From an uncultured cyanobacterium (GTDB taxonomy: Bacteria > Cyanobacteriota > Cyanobacteriia > Cyanobacteriales > CAWCAG01): a stretch of 64,000 nt of DNA. The position numbers and the translations under genes are program-made. A model generated the notes under the pieces. It did no database searches. It was not told where the DNA came from and saw only the letters and a program-made list of their open reading frames with translations. Positions 20,506 through 31,143 of this stretch are shown here, piece by piece; positions within the stretch are counted from its first letter, which is position 1, and every line of letters starts with the position of its first letter. The stretch covers positions 672,001 to 736,000 of the forward strand of contig CAWCAG010000005.1 in NCBI GenBank assembly GCA_963793425.1, in the 5' to 3' direction.

Positions 20506-21885
20506 TCAACTCAGCTTAGTAATTAATTCTGCAATACCGTTAACCGGTAGTATTTTAACAGCTAATTTTGTTTGTAATTCTTCTACAGTTAAATCATCAA
20601 GAAAGCAAGTATCGCCATGTTTTAGCATTACTGAAGGTAACAAAATCGCCTCGCCTAAATCTTTTCCTTGTAAATTTTTCAGCAAATCCTCTCCGGTAAG
20701 CAAACCCGTTACAGTTATTTCTTGCCCCCAATATTCACTATTGATTGCAGCAAGATTAACTTGTAGTCCTGCTACTTCATTTAACTGTTCAACTAAAGGT
20801 TGAAACGCTTTTTCAACCGCATTACCCACCACCCAAGTAAATTGTTTTGGTTCCGTTAATTTAGTTGGTAACATCTCCTTGGCAGTGGTTTGAAATTCCT
20901 GGAGAAATTTACGGATAGAACCCACACCATTACCGATTTGAGGATAAGATTCGTAATGGGAAGTGGAAGGGAGTTGTTGTTGGGCGATTAAAAACCATTC
21001 ATCCGCTAACCAAGCGAAATTTGTCCCTAACTGACTGCGAAACTTAGCTTGTAAAAGCTGTACTTGCTGAATTACTTCTGTTGCTTTGTGGCGACTTACT
21101 GGGGTTAATTCTGTTAAATTGGGGCGGAAACGAGTTAAACCTACAGGTACAACGGCAGCAGAAGCGACAGTAGGGATTTCTCCTTGATGGAAAGAAGCTA
21201 AATCTAATAGGGTTTTTTCTAAATGAATACTATCATTAATGCCTGGGCAAACAACTACTTGGGCATGGATTTGTAAACGTCTTTCTTGAAACCAAGCTAA
21301 TTGTGCTTTAATTTGCCCTGCACGGGGATTTTTAAGTAGGTTGATGCGTATTTCTGGTTCGGTGGCGTGAACAGAAACATAAAGGGGAGAGAGACGCATG
21401 GCTTCAATGCGTTGCCATTCTTTATCGCTTAAGTTAGTTAAGGTTAAATAGCTGCCATAAAGAAAGCTGAGGCGATAGTCATCATCCTTAAGATACAAGC
21501 TATCTCGCTTACCCGGTGGTTGCTGATCAATAAAGCAGAAAGGACAGCGATTATTACACTGAATTAAACCATCAAAAAGAGCAGTTTCAAATTCTAAGCC
21601 CAAATCGTCGTCATAGTCTTTTTCAATTTCAACTTGATGAAGTTTGCCTACACTATCAATAACTTCTAATTCCAATACTTCATCGGCACATAAAAACTGA
21701 TAATCAATTAAGTCGCGAGGACGAGTACCGTTTATAGCTATTAAAGCATCCCCAGCTTCAAAACCAATTTCTGCGGCAATAGAATTTGGTGAAACATTGG
21801 TGATTTTAGCGGGATTAAGGGAAGCTTGACTCATAACTTTTGATTTTAGCGATTCCATCTTAATTTTAGCTAATTCAATCCTCAA
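20506..21885 (-). CDS. TIGR03279/DUF512 radical-SAM-like protein with N-terminal PDZ
   Basis: CNNRCPFCFIDQ, KDDDYRLSFL, PQIGNGVG. Likely start is MSQASL. Confidence 0.92.
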   Translation of the reverse strand: MRIELAKIKMESLKSKVMSQASLNPAKITNVSPNSIAAEIGFEAGDALIAINGTRPRDLIDYQFLCADEVLELEVIDSVGKLHQVEIEKDYDDDLGLEFETALFDGLIQCNNRCPFCFIDQQPPGKRDSLYLKDDDYRLSFLYGSYLTLTNLSDKEWQRIEAMRLSPLYVSVHATEPEIRINLLKNPRAGQIKAQLAWFQERRLQIHAQVVVCPGINDSIHLEKTLLDLASFHQGEIPTVASAAVVPVGLTRFRPNLTELTPVSRHKATEVIQQVQLLQAKFRSQLGTNFAWLADEWFLIAQQQLPSTSHYESYPQIGNGVGSIRKFLQEFQTTAKEMLPTKLTEPKQFTWVVGNAVEKAFQPLVEQLNEVAGLQVNLAAINSEYWGQEITVTGLLTGEDLLKNLQGKDLGEAILLPSVMLKHGDTCFLDDLTVEELQTKLAVKILPVNGIAELITKLS

Positions 21886-21958
21886 GACAGAAAACTTTCC
21901 GGAAACACAACTTAGCCACCGAAAATAAATAGCTTAGGCTAATTTTTCGCTTCTTTGT

Positions 21959-23032
21959 GTGATGGAGAATAATAAAATAGTAAATGCGATCGCTAATGGT
22001 CAGTATAAGCCAGAGTCTTTATCTGTACTCAAATCCTATGCCCAGGAAGATCCGAACTTTGAGGTAAGGCATTCTGCCATTAAAAAGATTGCTCAACATT
22101 ATCACGATGAGCCGCAAACTTTGCCTTGGTTGAAATCTTTAACTAATTCTCAAGGCTACGAGGATATTCGAGAAGCGGCGGTTGAAGCGATCGCGGCTTA
22201 CTATCAAGATGAGCCAGATACTTTATCTTGGCTAAAATCTTTACTGGTTGGGCAAGGGGACATTGATCCTCATTTGCAAGCCCAAGCTATTTGTACTATT
22301 GCTACTTACTATAAAAATGAACCAGATACTTTAGCTTGGTTAAAAGCCTGCACGGAAATTGAAGAAGACGATGGTATGTTGGTACGACAAGCAGCTATTA
22401 GTAGTATTGCTGATTGTTATCGAGATGATTCAGATACTTTGCCTTGGTTGAAATCCTGTGTTGCTGCTGATGCTTTTTGGGGTGTGAACGAAGCTGCTAT
22501 TTTTTCTTTGGTAATTAATTATCAAGAAGATGCCGCTACTTTAGCTTGGCTGAAAAATAAGGTATTATCTCACCCAAGCTCTGAGATTAGGAAGTATGGT
22601 GTCATGGCGATTGCTGAATACTATAGTCAATTGCCAGAAATTTTACCTCTGTTGAAAAACTGTTTTTGGGCGGAAACGGAAGCAGATACTCAGGTTATCA
22701 TTATCCAAGTTTTGGCTGAAGGTTGGGGAAAAGAAGAGGGAATGCAAGAATTTTTCTCTCACTGTGCTACTCTACCTCACCATGGCATGAAACAAGAAGA
22801 TAAAGGCTATGAAGATACAGAAGAAGAAGAAGATTCTTTTGCAGAACTTTTAGCGAATTCTATAGCAGGGATGTTTATCAAAAATCCCCGGCAAGCAGCC
22901 CTTGAAGCCCTTTTTAAGTATTATCCTTCTCATCCGCAAACTCTAGAAGTGTTTCAAAATCGGGCTGAAAATGATTCTGATAAAAATGTACGCCAGTTTG
23001 CTTTAGAAAAGTTGCCAAACTTTAAGGATTGA
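21959..23032 (+). CDS. HEAT-repeat protein
   Basis: Repeats of VRxAAIxxIAxxYxDEPDTLxWLK. Confidence 0.85.
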   Translation: MMENNKIVNAIANGQYKPESLSVLKSYAQEDPNFEVRHSAIKKIAQHYHDEPQTLPWLKSLTNSQGYEDIREAAVEAIAAYYQDEPDTLSWLKSLLVGQGDIDPHLQAQAICTIATYYKNEPDTLAWLKACTEIEEDDGMLVRQAAISSIADCYRDDSDTLPWLKSCVAADAFWGVNEAAIFSLVINYQEDAATLAWLKNKVLSHPSSEIRKYGVMAIAEYYSQLPEILPLLKNCFWAETEADTQVIIIQVLAEGWGKEEGMQEFFSHCATLPHHGMKQEDKGYEDTEEEEDSFAELLANSIAGMFIKNPRQAALEALFKYYPSHPQTLEVFQNRAENDSDKNVRQFALEKLPNFKD

Positions 23033-23609
23033 CTTCTTTAGTTGACCAATTGCCATTTTCTTGTAGAGCGTATAAATAGCGATCTTGCGGTTCTCCTTTT
23101 AATTGCAAAATATCAACTAACTCTGGTTCTAAAAGTAGTAAAATAAAGTTATCTACAGGTTGATTGCTGTTCAGACAATCCGCAGTAAAATCCTCTTTAT
23201 CTTGATATCTCTCTTTTTTGGGATGAGGCCAAAAAAATTGTAATCTTGCACCATCAGAAAGATTTTGCCAAGCAGTTTGACGGGCATTTTGCAAACTTAG
23301 GTGGTGTTTATCTACCACAACCAACTGACCAGATAAGCGAAATTGTTCTCTGGTTTTGGGGAAATACCAACAAATTTCTCCCCAGGGTTTATGTTGGATA
23401 TGTTCGATTTTTTCGCTACGGGAATCAGTGACTATTTGTATTTGATTTGTCTGATTGAAAAAGCCTCTAAAAACCACAGTTCGGTTAGTAGGACGACCAT
23501 TTTTATTGACTGTTGCTAACTGGAAGTAACGGGAATTTGCTAAAGAGCGATTGTGATGAAGGGCGCGGGAAAGTTGCGATCGCCAAGGGGCTAGGGAGTT
23601 GTTGTGCAT
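23022..23609 (-). CDS. Pyridoxamine 5'-phosphate oxidase-like FMN-binding protein (Npun_F5749 family)
   Basis: LAPWRSQL, QLATV..GRPTNRTVVFRGF, CWYFPKTREQFR. Start moved to ATG23609 because the upstream extension is translated tandem repeat. Confidence 0.88.
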   Translation of the reverse strand: MHNNSLAPWRSQLSRALHHNRSLANSRYFQLATVNKNGRPTNRTVVFRGFFNQTNQIQIVTDSRSEKIEHIQHKPWGEICWYFPKTREQFRLSGQLVVVDKHHLSLQNARQTAWQNLSDGARLQFFWPHPKKERYQDKEDFTADCLNSNQPVDNFILLLLEPELVDILQLKGEPQDRYLYALQENGNWSTKEVNP

Positions 23610-23610
23610 T

Positions 23611-23660
23611 TGGGTTGGGAGCTGGGGAGATGGGGAGCTGGGGAGCTGGGGATATGGAGA
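23611..23660. repeat. G-rich octamer tandem repeat (ctggggag)
   Basis: tgggagctggggagatggggagctggggagctggggatatgg. Confidence 0.7.
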
Positions 23661-23675
23661 GAAAACTATTAGCAA

Positions 23676-24380
23676 CTAGCCATTAGCTATTAGCCATTTT
23701 AAAAGCTTAGGCTTGTTGGTGATAATATTATCAACACCTAGTTTAATCATTTTTTGCATATCCGCTTCAGCATCAACAGTCCAGACATGAACTTCTTTCT
23801 TGAGATGGTGAGCTTTTTGTACAAAGTCGCGGGAAACTATAGCAGAATGAACAGAAAAAATTTCTACTGGTAATGCCAAAATATCATCTTTTAGTTCTTT
23901 AATAATTATCCCCCTAGAAATTGTTTCATCTAAGTTTTTGACTTGCTCGATTGTGGCAGAATCAAAAGACGTAACTGCACATTGCTCAATGAAGCTGCTT
24001 TTTTGCAAAACCTGCACAACTCTATAAGCAAGACTTTGTTGATGCCCATTTAGTTTCAGTTCAATATTTAATTTGATTTTATTCCTGGCAACTTCAATCA
24101 CCTCTTTTAACTTCGGTACTTTCTCTCCTAAAAACTGTGGGGCAAACCAGTTTCCTGCATCTAATTTCTCTAGTTCATGATAAGAGATTTCCCAAATATT
24201 TCTCTCAACCCCAGTAACCCTTTGTAAATTGCCATCATGGAAAACGACTAATTCCCCATCTTTAGTTTCTTGAACATCAATTTCCGCCCAGTCTGCCCTC
24301 TCTCCGATAGCAGATTTGATAGCGCTAATAGTATTCTCAGGGGTGGAATCAGAATTACCCCTGTGGGCAGTAATTTTCAT
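23676..24380 (-). CDS. Glycerophosphodiester phosphodiesterase
   Basis: AHRG, PENT, EIDVQETKDG, VFHD, NIELK, WTVD. Confidence 0.93.
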   Translation of the reverse strand: MKITAHRGNSDSTPENTISAIKSAIGERADWAEIDVQETKDGELVVFHDGNLQRVTGVERNIWEISYHELEKLDAGNWFAPQFLGEKVPKLKEVIEVARNKIKLNIELKLNGHQQSLAYRVVQVLQKSSFIEQCAVTSFDSATIEQVKNLDETISRGIIIKELKDDILALPVEIFSVHSAIVSRDFVQKAHHLKKEVHVWTVDAEADMQKMIKLGVDNIITNKPKLLKWLIANG

Positions 24381-24529
24381 ATGAGAAATTGGGTATACTG
24401 TGTTGTTGGTAAGTGAAAGATAATACCAAATAAAACCTCTGAAGAAAATAAAACAATAGTGGTAATCTACTTGCTGACTAACTTATAATTTACGAGTTGA
24501 CTTTTAACGTTTTTTGTGTGTAGGAAAAA

Positions 24530-24874
24530 ATGAAAATCTCGAATCTTTTTTTAGTAACAGCTTTAGCTACCAGTTCAATGTCGATTGCCTTTGCTCAGGC
24601 ATCCTTTGCCCAAGATGACATTCTTACTAATGATGTAGTAGAAGAAATAGTTGATGATTGTACTGATATGTATTGGCCTTCAGATCCTGCTAAGTATCAA
24701 GGTTGCATACTCCAAAAAGAAGCTGACCTACTTGATGATAATAATGTAGAATTACCTAGACCATCAGGTAGTTCAGCCCCAGAAATGTTTAGCCCAGAAA
24801 GTAGCCCTTCTCCAGAAATGATGGAAGAAGAAATGACCCCAGATACGAATAATACGGTTCCCCCGATGAACTAA
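24530..24874 (+). CDS. Secreted acidic hypothetical protein
   Basis: Signal peptide (ASFA-Q), a Cys pair, Pro/Glu/Ser-rich tail. Confidence 0.7.
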   Translation: MKISNLFLVTALATSSMSIAFAQASFAQDDILTNDVVEEIVDDCTDMYWPSDPAKYQGCILQKEADLLDDNNVELPRPSGSSAPEMFSPESSPSPEMMEEEMTPDTNNTVPPMN

Positions 24875-24932
24875 ATTAAGCATCCACGTAGTTATTTGGA
24901 GGGTGCATCCCTAAAAACTCAGATATCGGGCC

Positions 24933-24956
24933 GGCAAGGAAACTAGCTTCCTTGCC
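24933..24956. terminator. Hairpin between convergent genes
   Basis: ggcaaggaa-actagc-ttccttgcc. Confidence 0.6.
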
Positions 24957-24968
24957 TAATTTAAGCCT

Positions 24969-25316
24969 CTAACGGCAGCCCCACCTACGATTGCGACTAA
25001 TCAGTACATTCCTGGTTTGAGGGCCAGCTACCCCATCAGCCACCAAACCATTATCCCTTTGGAATGCTTTAACAGCCCTTTGAGTAACTGGGCCAAACCA
25101 ACTGTCGTTACCAACACGGTAATAACCCGCACAACGCAATTCTTCAATAAAATCATAGACAAGAGGCCCCCGATCACCGTAACGGAAGCAATAGCTACCT
25201 GCATTAGCCCCACCCTGACAGCGGCTGTAACCAGCTTGGGCTGGTTCTGCAATAATAGTAAGTCCGCTACAAACTACAGCTAAAGCTATAGCTGTACTAA
25301 AAAGAGATTTTTTCAT
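24969..25316 (-). CDS. Small secreted peptidoglycan-binding domain protein
   Basis: Signal peptide; FGPVTQRAVKAFQRDNGLVADGVAGPQT (PG_binding_1). Confidence 0.88.
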   Translation of the reverse strand: MKKSLFSTAIALAVVCSGLTIIAEPAQAGYSRCQGGANAGSYCFRYGDRGPLVYDFIEELRCAGYYRVGNDSWFGPVTQRAVKAFQRDNGLVADGVAGPQTRNVLISRNRRWGCR

Positions 25317-25560
25317 GGCTTGTTATTCCTTAAACTTAAGTTTTTGGTCAACCTGGATAAGCCTAAGTAGTAATTCTTGAATAACTTAGAGATATCTAAA
25401 AATTATAAGGGACTATACTTAGTAAGCCTAGATGATATTACACTTCTTTTTATCTCTGATTTAAGAAAAATCATTTAGCAGATAGGCATCAACTATTCAC
25501 AACAAAAACCAATAATTTCGCTAGGATCTTATTCTAGAGATTGAATCTGCTGAAACTGCC

Positions 25561-27441
25561 GTGACTGCATCAACAAAACCAACTCCTTTACTTAAAGATC
25601 CTGAACGCTTAGAAACTCGCCTTAAAGAAATACCTGGTGAACCGGGAGTTTATTTAATGGGAGATCAAAGTGGGAATATTCTTTATATTGGTAAATCGAA
25701 AAAGTTGCGATCGCGGGTTCGTTCCTATTTTCGTGCTTCCCAAAATTTAAGTGAGCGCATTGCTATGATGGTGCGTCAGGTGGCCGATATTGAGTTTATT
25801 GTCACCGATACCGAAGCAGAAGCCCTGGCCCTTGAAGCAAACTTAGTTAAGCAACACCAACCTTACTTCAACGTATTGCTGAAAGATGATAAGAAATATC
25901 CTTATGTTTGTATTACTTGGTCAGAGGATTATCCCCGCATCTTTATTACTCGTAAACGGAGGAAAGGTAAAGAACAAGATCGTTACTATGGCCCCTATGT
26001 TGATACTCGCCTGCTACGCTATACCCTCCATGTCGTCAAAAAAACCTTTCCTTTGCGCCAGCGTCGCCGTCCTTTATTTAAAGATCGTCCTTGCCTTAAC
26101 TACGACTTAGGTAAATGTCCGGGGGTTTGTCAGTCCTTAATTACTCCGGAAGATTATCACAAAATTGTTCAGAAAGTAGCGATGGTATTTCAAGGGCGTA
26201 CAGGAGAATTACTTGATATCCTCAACTCGCAAATGGCAAGGGCCGCAGAAGATTTGAACTTTGAACAAGCCGCATTAATCCGTGATCGCATTAATGCCCT
26301 CCACAGTCTCCATGCAGGGCAAAAAGTTTCCCTCCCTGATGATACAGTTTCCCGCGATGCCATTGCCTTAGCAGCAGATGCAGAACGTGCTTGCATTCAG
26401 CTTTTCCAAGTTCGTGCCGGTCGCTTGGTGGGTCGTTTAGGCTTTTTTGCTGAAGCTGAATCGGGAAGCCCTGGGGCGATTTTACAGCGGGTTTTGGAAG
26501 AACATTACAATAATGTTGAAGATGTGGAAATTCCCACCGACATTTTAATACAACATGAACTGCCCCATCCTGAAATGCTTGGCCAATGGTTAAGCGATCG
26601 CAAGGGTAAAAAAGTTAACTTCACCGTCCCCCAACGCCAAACCAAAGCCGAATTAATTGAGATGGTGGAACGCAATGCCAAATATGAATTAGCTAGTGTG
26701 CAACGCTTTGCTAGCCGCAACAGCCAAGCGATGGAAGATTTAGCCGAGATTCTTGACTTACCGGAATTACCGAAACGGATTGAAGGTTACGACATTTCCC
26801 ATATTCAGGGTTCCAATGCCGTAGCTTCCCAAGTCGTTTTTATTGATGGTGTACCCGCCAAGCAACATTATCGCCACTATAAAATTAAAAACCCCGAAGT
26901 TAAAATCGGTCACTCCGACGACTTTGCGAGTATGGCGGAGGTGATTCGTCGTCGCTTTCGTAAGTATCAAGATATTAAAAGAGAAAACTTGGTACAAGAT
27001 GCTGATTTTCCTGACTTAATTATGATTGATGGGGGCAAAGGTCAACTTTCTGCGGTTGTTGCAGTGTTGCAAGAAATGAACCTTTTAGAAGAAGTCCGGG
27101 TGATTAGTTTAGCGAAACAAAAAGAAGAAATCTTTCTCCCCGGCGAATCTTTATCCTTACCAACAGAAAAAGAACAACCGGGAGTGCAATTATTACGCCG
27201 CCTGCGGGATGAGGCACACCGTTTTGCGGTTAGCTTCCATCGTCAACAAAGAAGCAGCAAACTGAAGCGATCACGTTTAGATGATATTCCTGGTTTGGGT
27301 TTCGAGCGTCAAAAACTACTTTTGGCTCATTTCCATTCCTTAGATTATATTCGCCTCGCCACCCCAGAAAAGTTACAAGAAGTATCAGGAATTGGCCCTC
27401 GGTTAGCAACAGAGATTTATGATTATCTTCATCCTAGTTAA
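25561..27441 (+). CDS. uvrC: Excinuclease ABC subunit C
   Basis: GIY-YIG (PGVY..ILYIGK), [25 protein letters not shown]-terminal HhH. Confidence 0.98.
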   Translation: MTASTKPTPLLKDPERLETRLKEIPGEPGVYLMGDQSGNILYIGKSKKLRSRVRSYFRASQNLSERIAMMVRQVADIEFIVTDTEAEALALEANLVKQHQPYFNVLLKDDKKYPYVCITWSEDYPRIFITRKRRKGKEQDRYYGPYVDTRLLRYTLHVVKKTFPLRQRRRPLFKDRPCLNYDLGKCPGVCQSLITPEDYHKIVQKVAMVFQGRTGELLDILNSQMARAAEDLNFEQAALIRDRINALHSLHAGQKVSLPDDTVSRDAIALAADAERACIQLFQVRAGRLVGRLGFFAEAESGSPGAILQRVLEEHYNNVEDVEIPTDILIQHELPHPEMLGQWLSDRKGKKVNFTVPQRQTKAELIEMVERNAKYELASVQRFASRNSQAMEDLAEILDLPELPKRIEGYDISHIQGSNAVASQVVFIDGVPAKQHYRHYKIKNPEVKIGHSDDFASMAEVIRRRFRKYQDIKRENLVQDADFPDLIMIDGGKGQLSAVVAVLQEMNLLEEVRVISLAKQKEEIFLPGESLSLPTEKEQPGVQLLRRLRDEAHRFAVSFHRQQRSSKLKRSRLDDIPGLGFERQKLLLAHFHSLDYIRLATPEKLQEVSGIGPRLATEIYDYLHPS

Positions 27442-27459
27442 AGCAGCTTTTAAAGCAAA

Positions 27460-27788
27460 CAGGACTTACGCAGTGAGAAAAAATCATAACGGCTGAAAGG
27501 GTTGTAAATTAACAAAGACAAGGAAAATAGTAATCAAAGGGTAACAAGCAAAAATTTTTGTCAATGCTAAGGTGAAGCAATTGACAGGTATTGAATCTTG
27601 TCAGTGTCGTCAAGCAAGGATTCAAAGAAACCATATTAATTGCGCTATTTTAGTTTGGCTCAGACTCAAACAAGTTGCCTATGATACGGGTAAAACTGTT
27701 TACCAGCATTTTGCATGAATTGCTTTCTAGCTATCTTATTGCTCAATTAAAATCACCTTCTATTTCTATGTCTTTTGCGTAAGTCCTG
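27460..27788 (+). mobile_element. Internally deleted IS (IS701/ISH3-like DDE family), 329 bp
   Basis: Perfect 13-bp TIR caggacttacgca / tgcgtaagtcctg; flanking direct repeat gcaaa (27455-59, 27789-93); transposase C-terminal remnant VKQLTGIESCQCRQARIQRNHI...SMSFA* with a frameshift. Confidence 0.88.
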
Positions 27789-27801
27789 GCAAAGTAAGTA
27801 A

Positions 27802-30800
27802 CAAGTTCAAGTAGAGTATGGGGTGAATTTTGGGCGGGAGGTGAAACGGGCGGATATTGTCGTGATGGATAAAGATCGCCCTAACACAGTATATATGTTG
27901 GTGGAGGTGAAGAAGCCGAAGCTAAAAGATGGGAAAAATCAACTTCGTTCTTACTGTAACGCAACAGGAGCGCCTATTGCAGTTTGGACAAATGGGGAGC
28001 AAATTTCTTATTATCAGCGTAAAGATCCTAACTATTTTGAAGATATCTCTGGTTTGCCGAATGTTAATCAAACCTTGGCAGATATTCTACAAATTAAATT
28101 TACCCTGGAAGACTTAATCGCTAATGACAAGTTAGTAAAGGAAAATAAGTCTCTCAAAACCTTAATTGAAGAGATGGAAGATGAGGTTTTGGCTAATGCT
28201 GGGGTTGATGTATTTGAGGAGTTGTTTAAGCTGATTTTTACTAAGCTTTATGATGAATGGTATTCCGGGCAGGGTAGTCGGCGTAGTAAACGATCTTTGG
28301 AGTTTCGTAATACAGGGCAGACAGAAGCTGTTTTAAGGAAGAAGATTCAAGAGTTGTTTGATAAGGCAAAGAAAAAGTGGGAGGGAGTGTTTAGTGAAGA
28401 TGCTAAGATTCGCCTCACACCGTCTCATTTATCGGTTTGTGTGTCTTCGTTGGAAAATGTGAAGTTGTTTAACTCCAACCTAGATATTATCGATGAAGCT
28501 TTTGAGTATTTGATTAACCAAAGTAGCAAGGGGGAAAAGGGACAGTTTTTTACTCCCCGTTATGTGATTGATATGTGTGTGAAAATGCTTAATCCTCAAG
28601 AGGATGAGTATATGATTGACACAGCAGCTGGATCATCGGGTTTTCCGGTGCATACAATTTTTCATGTTTGGCGAGAGATATTAGCTGATGAGGGGTTGCA
28701 AGCAAGTCATTTGTTTTCCTTAGAAGATAAGCCGCCACGGTGTAAGGAGTATGTGGAAGAGAAGGTTTTTGCTATTGATTTTGATGAAAAGGCGGTACGG
28801 GTGGCACGTACCCTCAATCTGATTGCTGGGGATGGACAAACTAATGTTTTGCACCTCAACACTTTGGATTATGAATTGTGGGATGAGGTGACGGAGCAAG
28901 AGGAATGGCAGGATACTTACTATACTGGCTTCAAACGGTTAAGGAAGCTACGACCGAAGGGTAGTAAGGATTATCGGGAGTTTCAGTTTGATGTGTTGAT
29001 GGCGAATCCGCCCTTTGCTGGAGATATCAAGGAACACCGGATGATTGCCCGTTATGATTTAGCAAAGAAGCCTAATGGTAAATGGAAAAATAAGGTTGGG
29101 CGGGATATTTTGTTTATTGAACGCAACCTAGACTTTTTGAAACCGGGGGGCAGAATGGCGATTGTTTTGCCCCAAGGTAGGTTTAATAACTCTTCGGATC
29201 AGAATATTCGCGAATTTATCGGGGAACGTTGCCGTATTTTAGCGGTGGTGGGGTTGCATGGCAATACTTTTAAACCCCATACGGGAACAAAGACTTCGGT
29301 TTTGTTTGTGCAGAAGTGGAATGATGACCCCGGAGTAGGAGCGTTTTGTCCCCGTGAGGATGATTACAATATCTTTTTTGCGACGATGCAAAAGAGTGGT
29401 AAGGATAATTCTGGTGATAAGATTTATCGCCGCATTGTACCGCAGGAGGAAGAAGGTTTACCGGAGAAGGAAAAGGAAAAGCAGTTTTTACTTGATCCTC
29501 ATGATCATTTGATTGTAGATCATGATTTGTATAGCCATGAAGGGTTGACAGAAGAGGGTATTGCTGAGGCGTTTATTGAGTTTGCGAAGAAGGAGAGTTT
29601 AAGTTTTTTTGAACAAAGCCTATCTGTTAAGCCGTTTGATGTTGTTAGGTATGAACGGTTAATGGATGGGCTTGAAGCGGTTGAATTGAGTTTGAGTGAA
29701 GTTTTAAGAAATAAAGATTTTAGAATTGATAGTGAGTTTCATCGAAAATCACCCATTCAAAATCCAAACTACAGTTATGTTGATATCGGTGATAACTTAA
29801 CTTTCATTCAATACGGAATTTCAATAGAGATGAATGAAGAAGGTGAAGGCACAAAAATATACAGAATGAATGAGATTCACAATATGTTCTGTGATATAGA
29901 GGTTTCAAAGTTTGCAAACATTTCTTCTGTAGATATAGAAGTTTTCAAAATCAAAGATAGAGATATTTTATTTAATAGAACAAATTCTTTTGAATTCGTT
30001 GGTAGAACAGGCATATTTAGAAGTTTTTCAGATGAAGATTTAGTTTTCGCATCTTATCTCATAAGATTAAGAAGCAACGAATCAAAGATTTTGCCTGAAT
30101 ATTTAGTTACATTCTTAAATTCTAGTTTAGGAATTTGGGACATAAAAAGAAGAGCCAGAATTTCAATTAACCAATCAAATGTCAATGCTCAGGAATTAGC
30201 CGCAGTTAAAATTCCTCTATTAAACTTAGTATTTCAGTTAAGGATTAAGAAACTATTTGAAGAATCACATCACAATAAATTGAAAGCAATTAATTACTAT
30301 CAACAAGCTGAAGATTTACTATTATCAGAACTCAACTTAAAAGACTGGCAACCTACAGAAGAAACCATTGCTGTTAAGAGTTTTTCTGAATCTTTTCTAT
30401 CCTCTGGTCGCCTCGACGCTGAATATTATCAACCGAAGTATGATCAACTAATTGAACGACTTGAGCAAAAAGTTCAACTTGCTTTTCTTGGTGATTTACT
30501 TACAGTTAATCAAAAGGGTCGACAACCTAATTATATTGAAGAAAACCGAAGATTTACTTAACTGTTTACCTGTTGTTAATTCTAAACACGTTCGAGCAGG
30601 CGAAGTAATTTTATCAGATAATCGTTATGCATATTTTCCAGAAAATGATAATCTTCTTAGTAATTCAAAAAGATGATATTCTTTTCAATGGTACAGGTGT
30701 TGGTACAGTTGGAAGATGTGCGCCATATTTTTATGAACAAGAAGCTTTACCAGACACAGAAGTTACAGTTCTTGAGAAGTGAATTCACTTGATCCAGTTT

Positions 30801-31106
30801 ACTTATCAATTTATCTCAACAGTATTTCAGGGCAATTACAAGTTCAAAAACATTTGCAAAGGTTCATCAGGAAATATTAGAGTTTATCCTAGTGACATTA
30901 CTCAATTTCTCATCTGGAATGCCCCTAACTCTGTTCAGCAAAAAATCAGAAACAAAGTTGAAGTCTCTCATCAAAAAAGAGAACAATCAAAACAACTACT
31001 AGAAATTGCTAAAACAGGAGTAGAAAAAGCCATTGAAACTGATGAAAGCATAGCTACAACTTGGATAAATCAACAACTTACAGCCCTGGGGATAGAATTG
31101 CCATAA
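27802..31106 (+). pseudogene. Fused restriction-modification-specificity gene (HsdR-N-like nuclease + N6-adenine MTase + TRDs), apparently 5'-truncated and frameshifted at the 3' end
   Basis: RADIVV...VEVKK nuclease motif; GQFFTPR, DTAAGSSGF, NPPF MTase motifs; RIDSEF and RLDAEYY specificity repeats. In-frame TAA at 27799 just upstream of the nuclease motif; several frame switches between 30545 and 30860. Confidence 0.82.
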
Positions 31107-31143
31107 AAAAAAGAGAAGTTGTGCGATCGCAACTTAACTAAAA

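Noticed and set aside
23610..23675. Pro/Ser-rich N-terminal extension of the PPOX-like ORF
   Set aside because: It is the translation of an intergenic octamer repeat; the family-like sequence starts at ATG23609.
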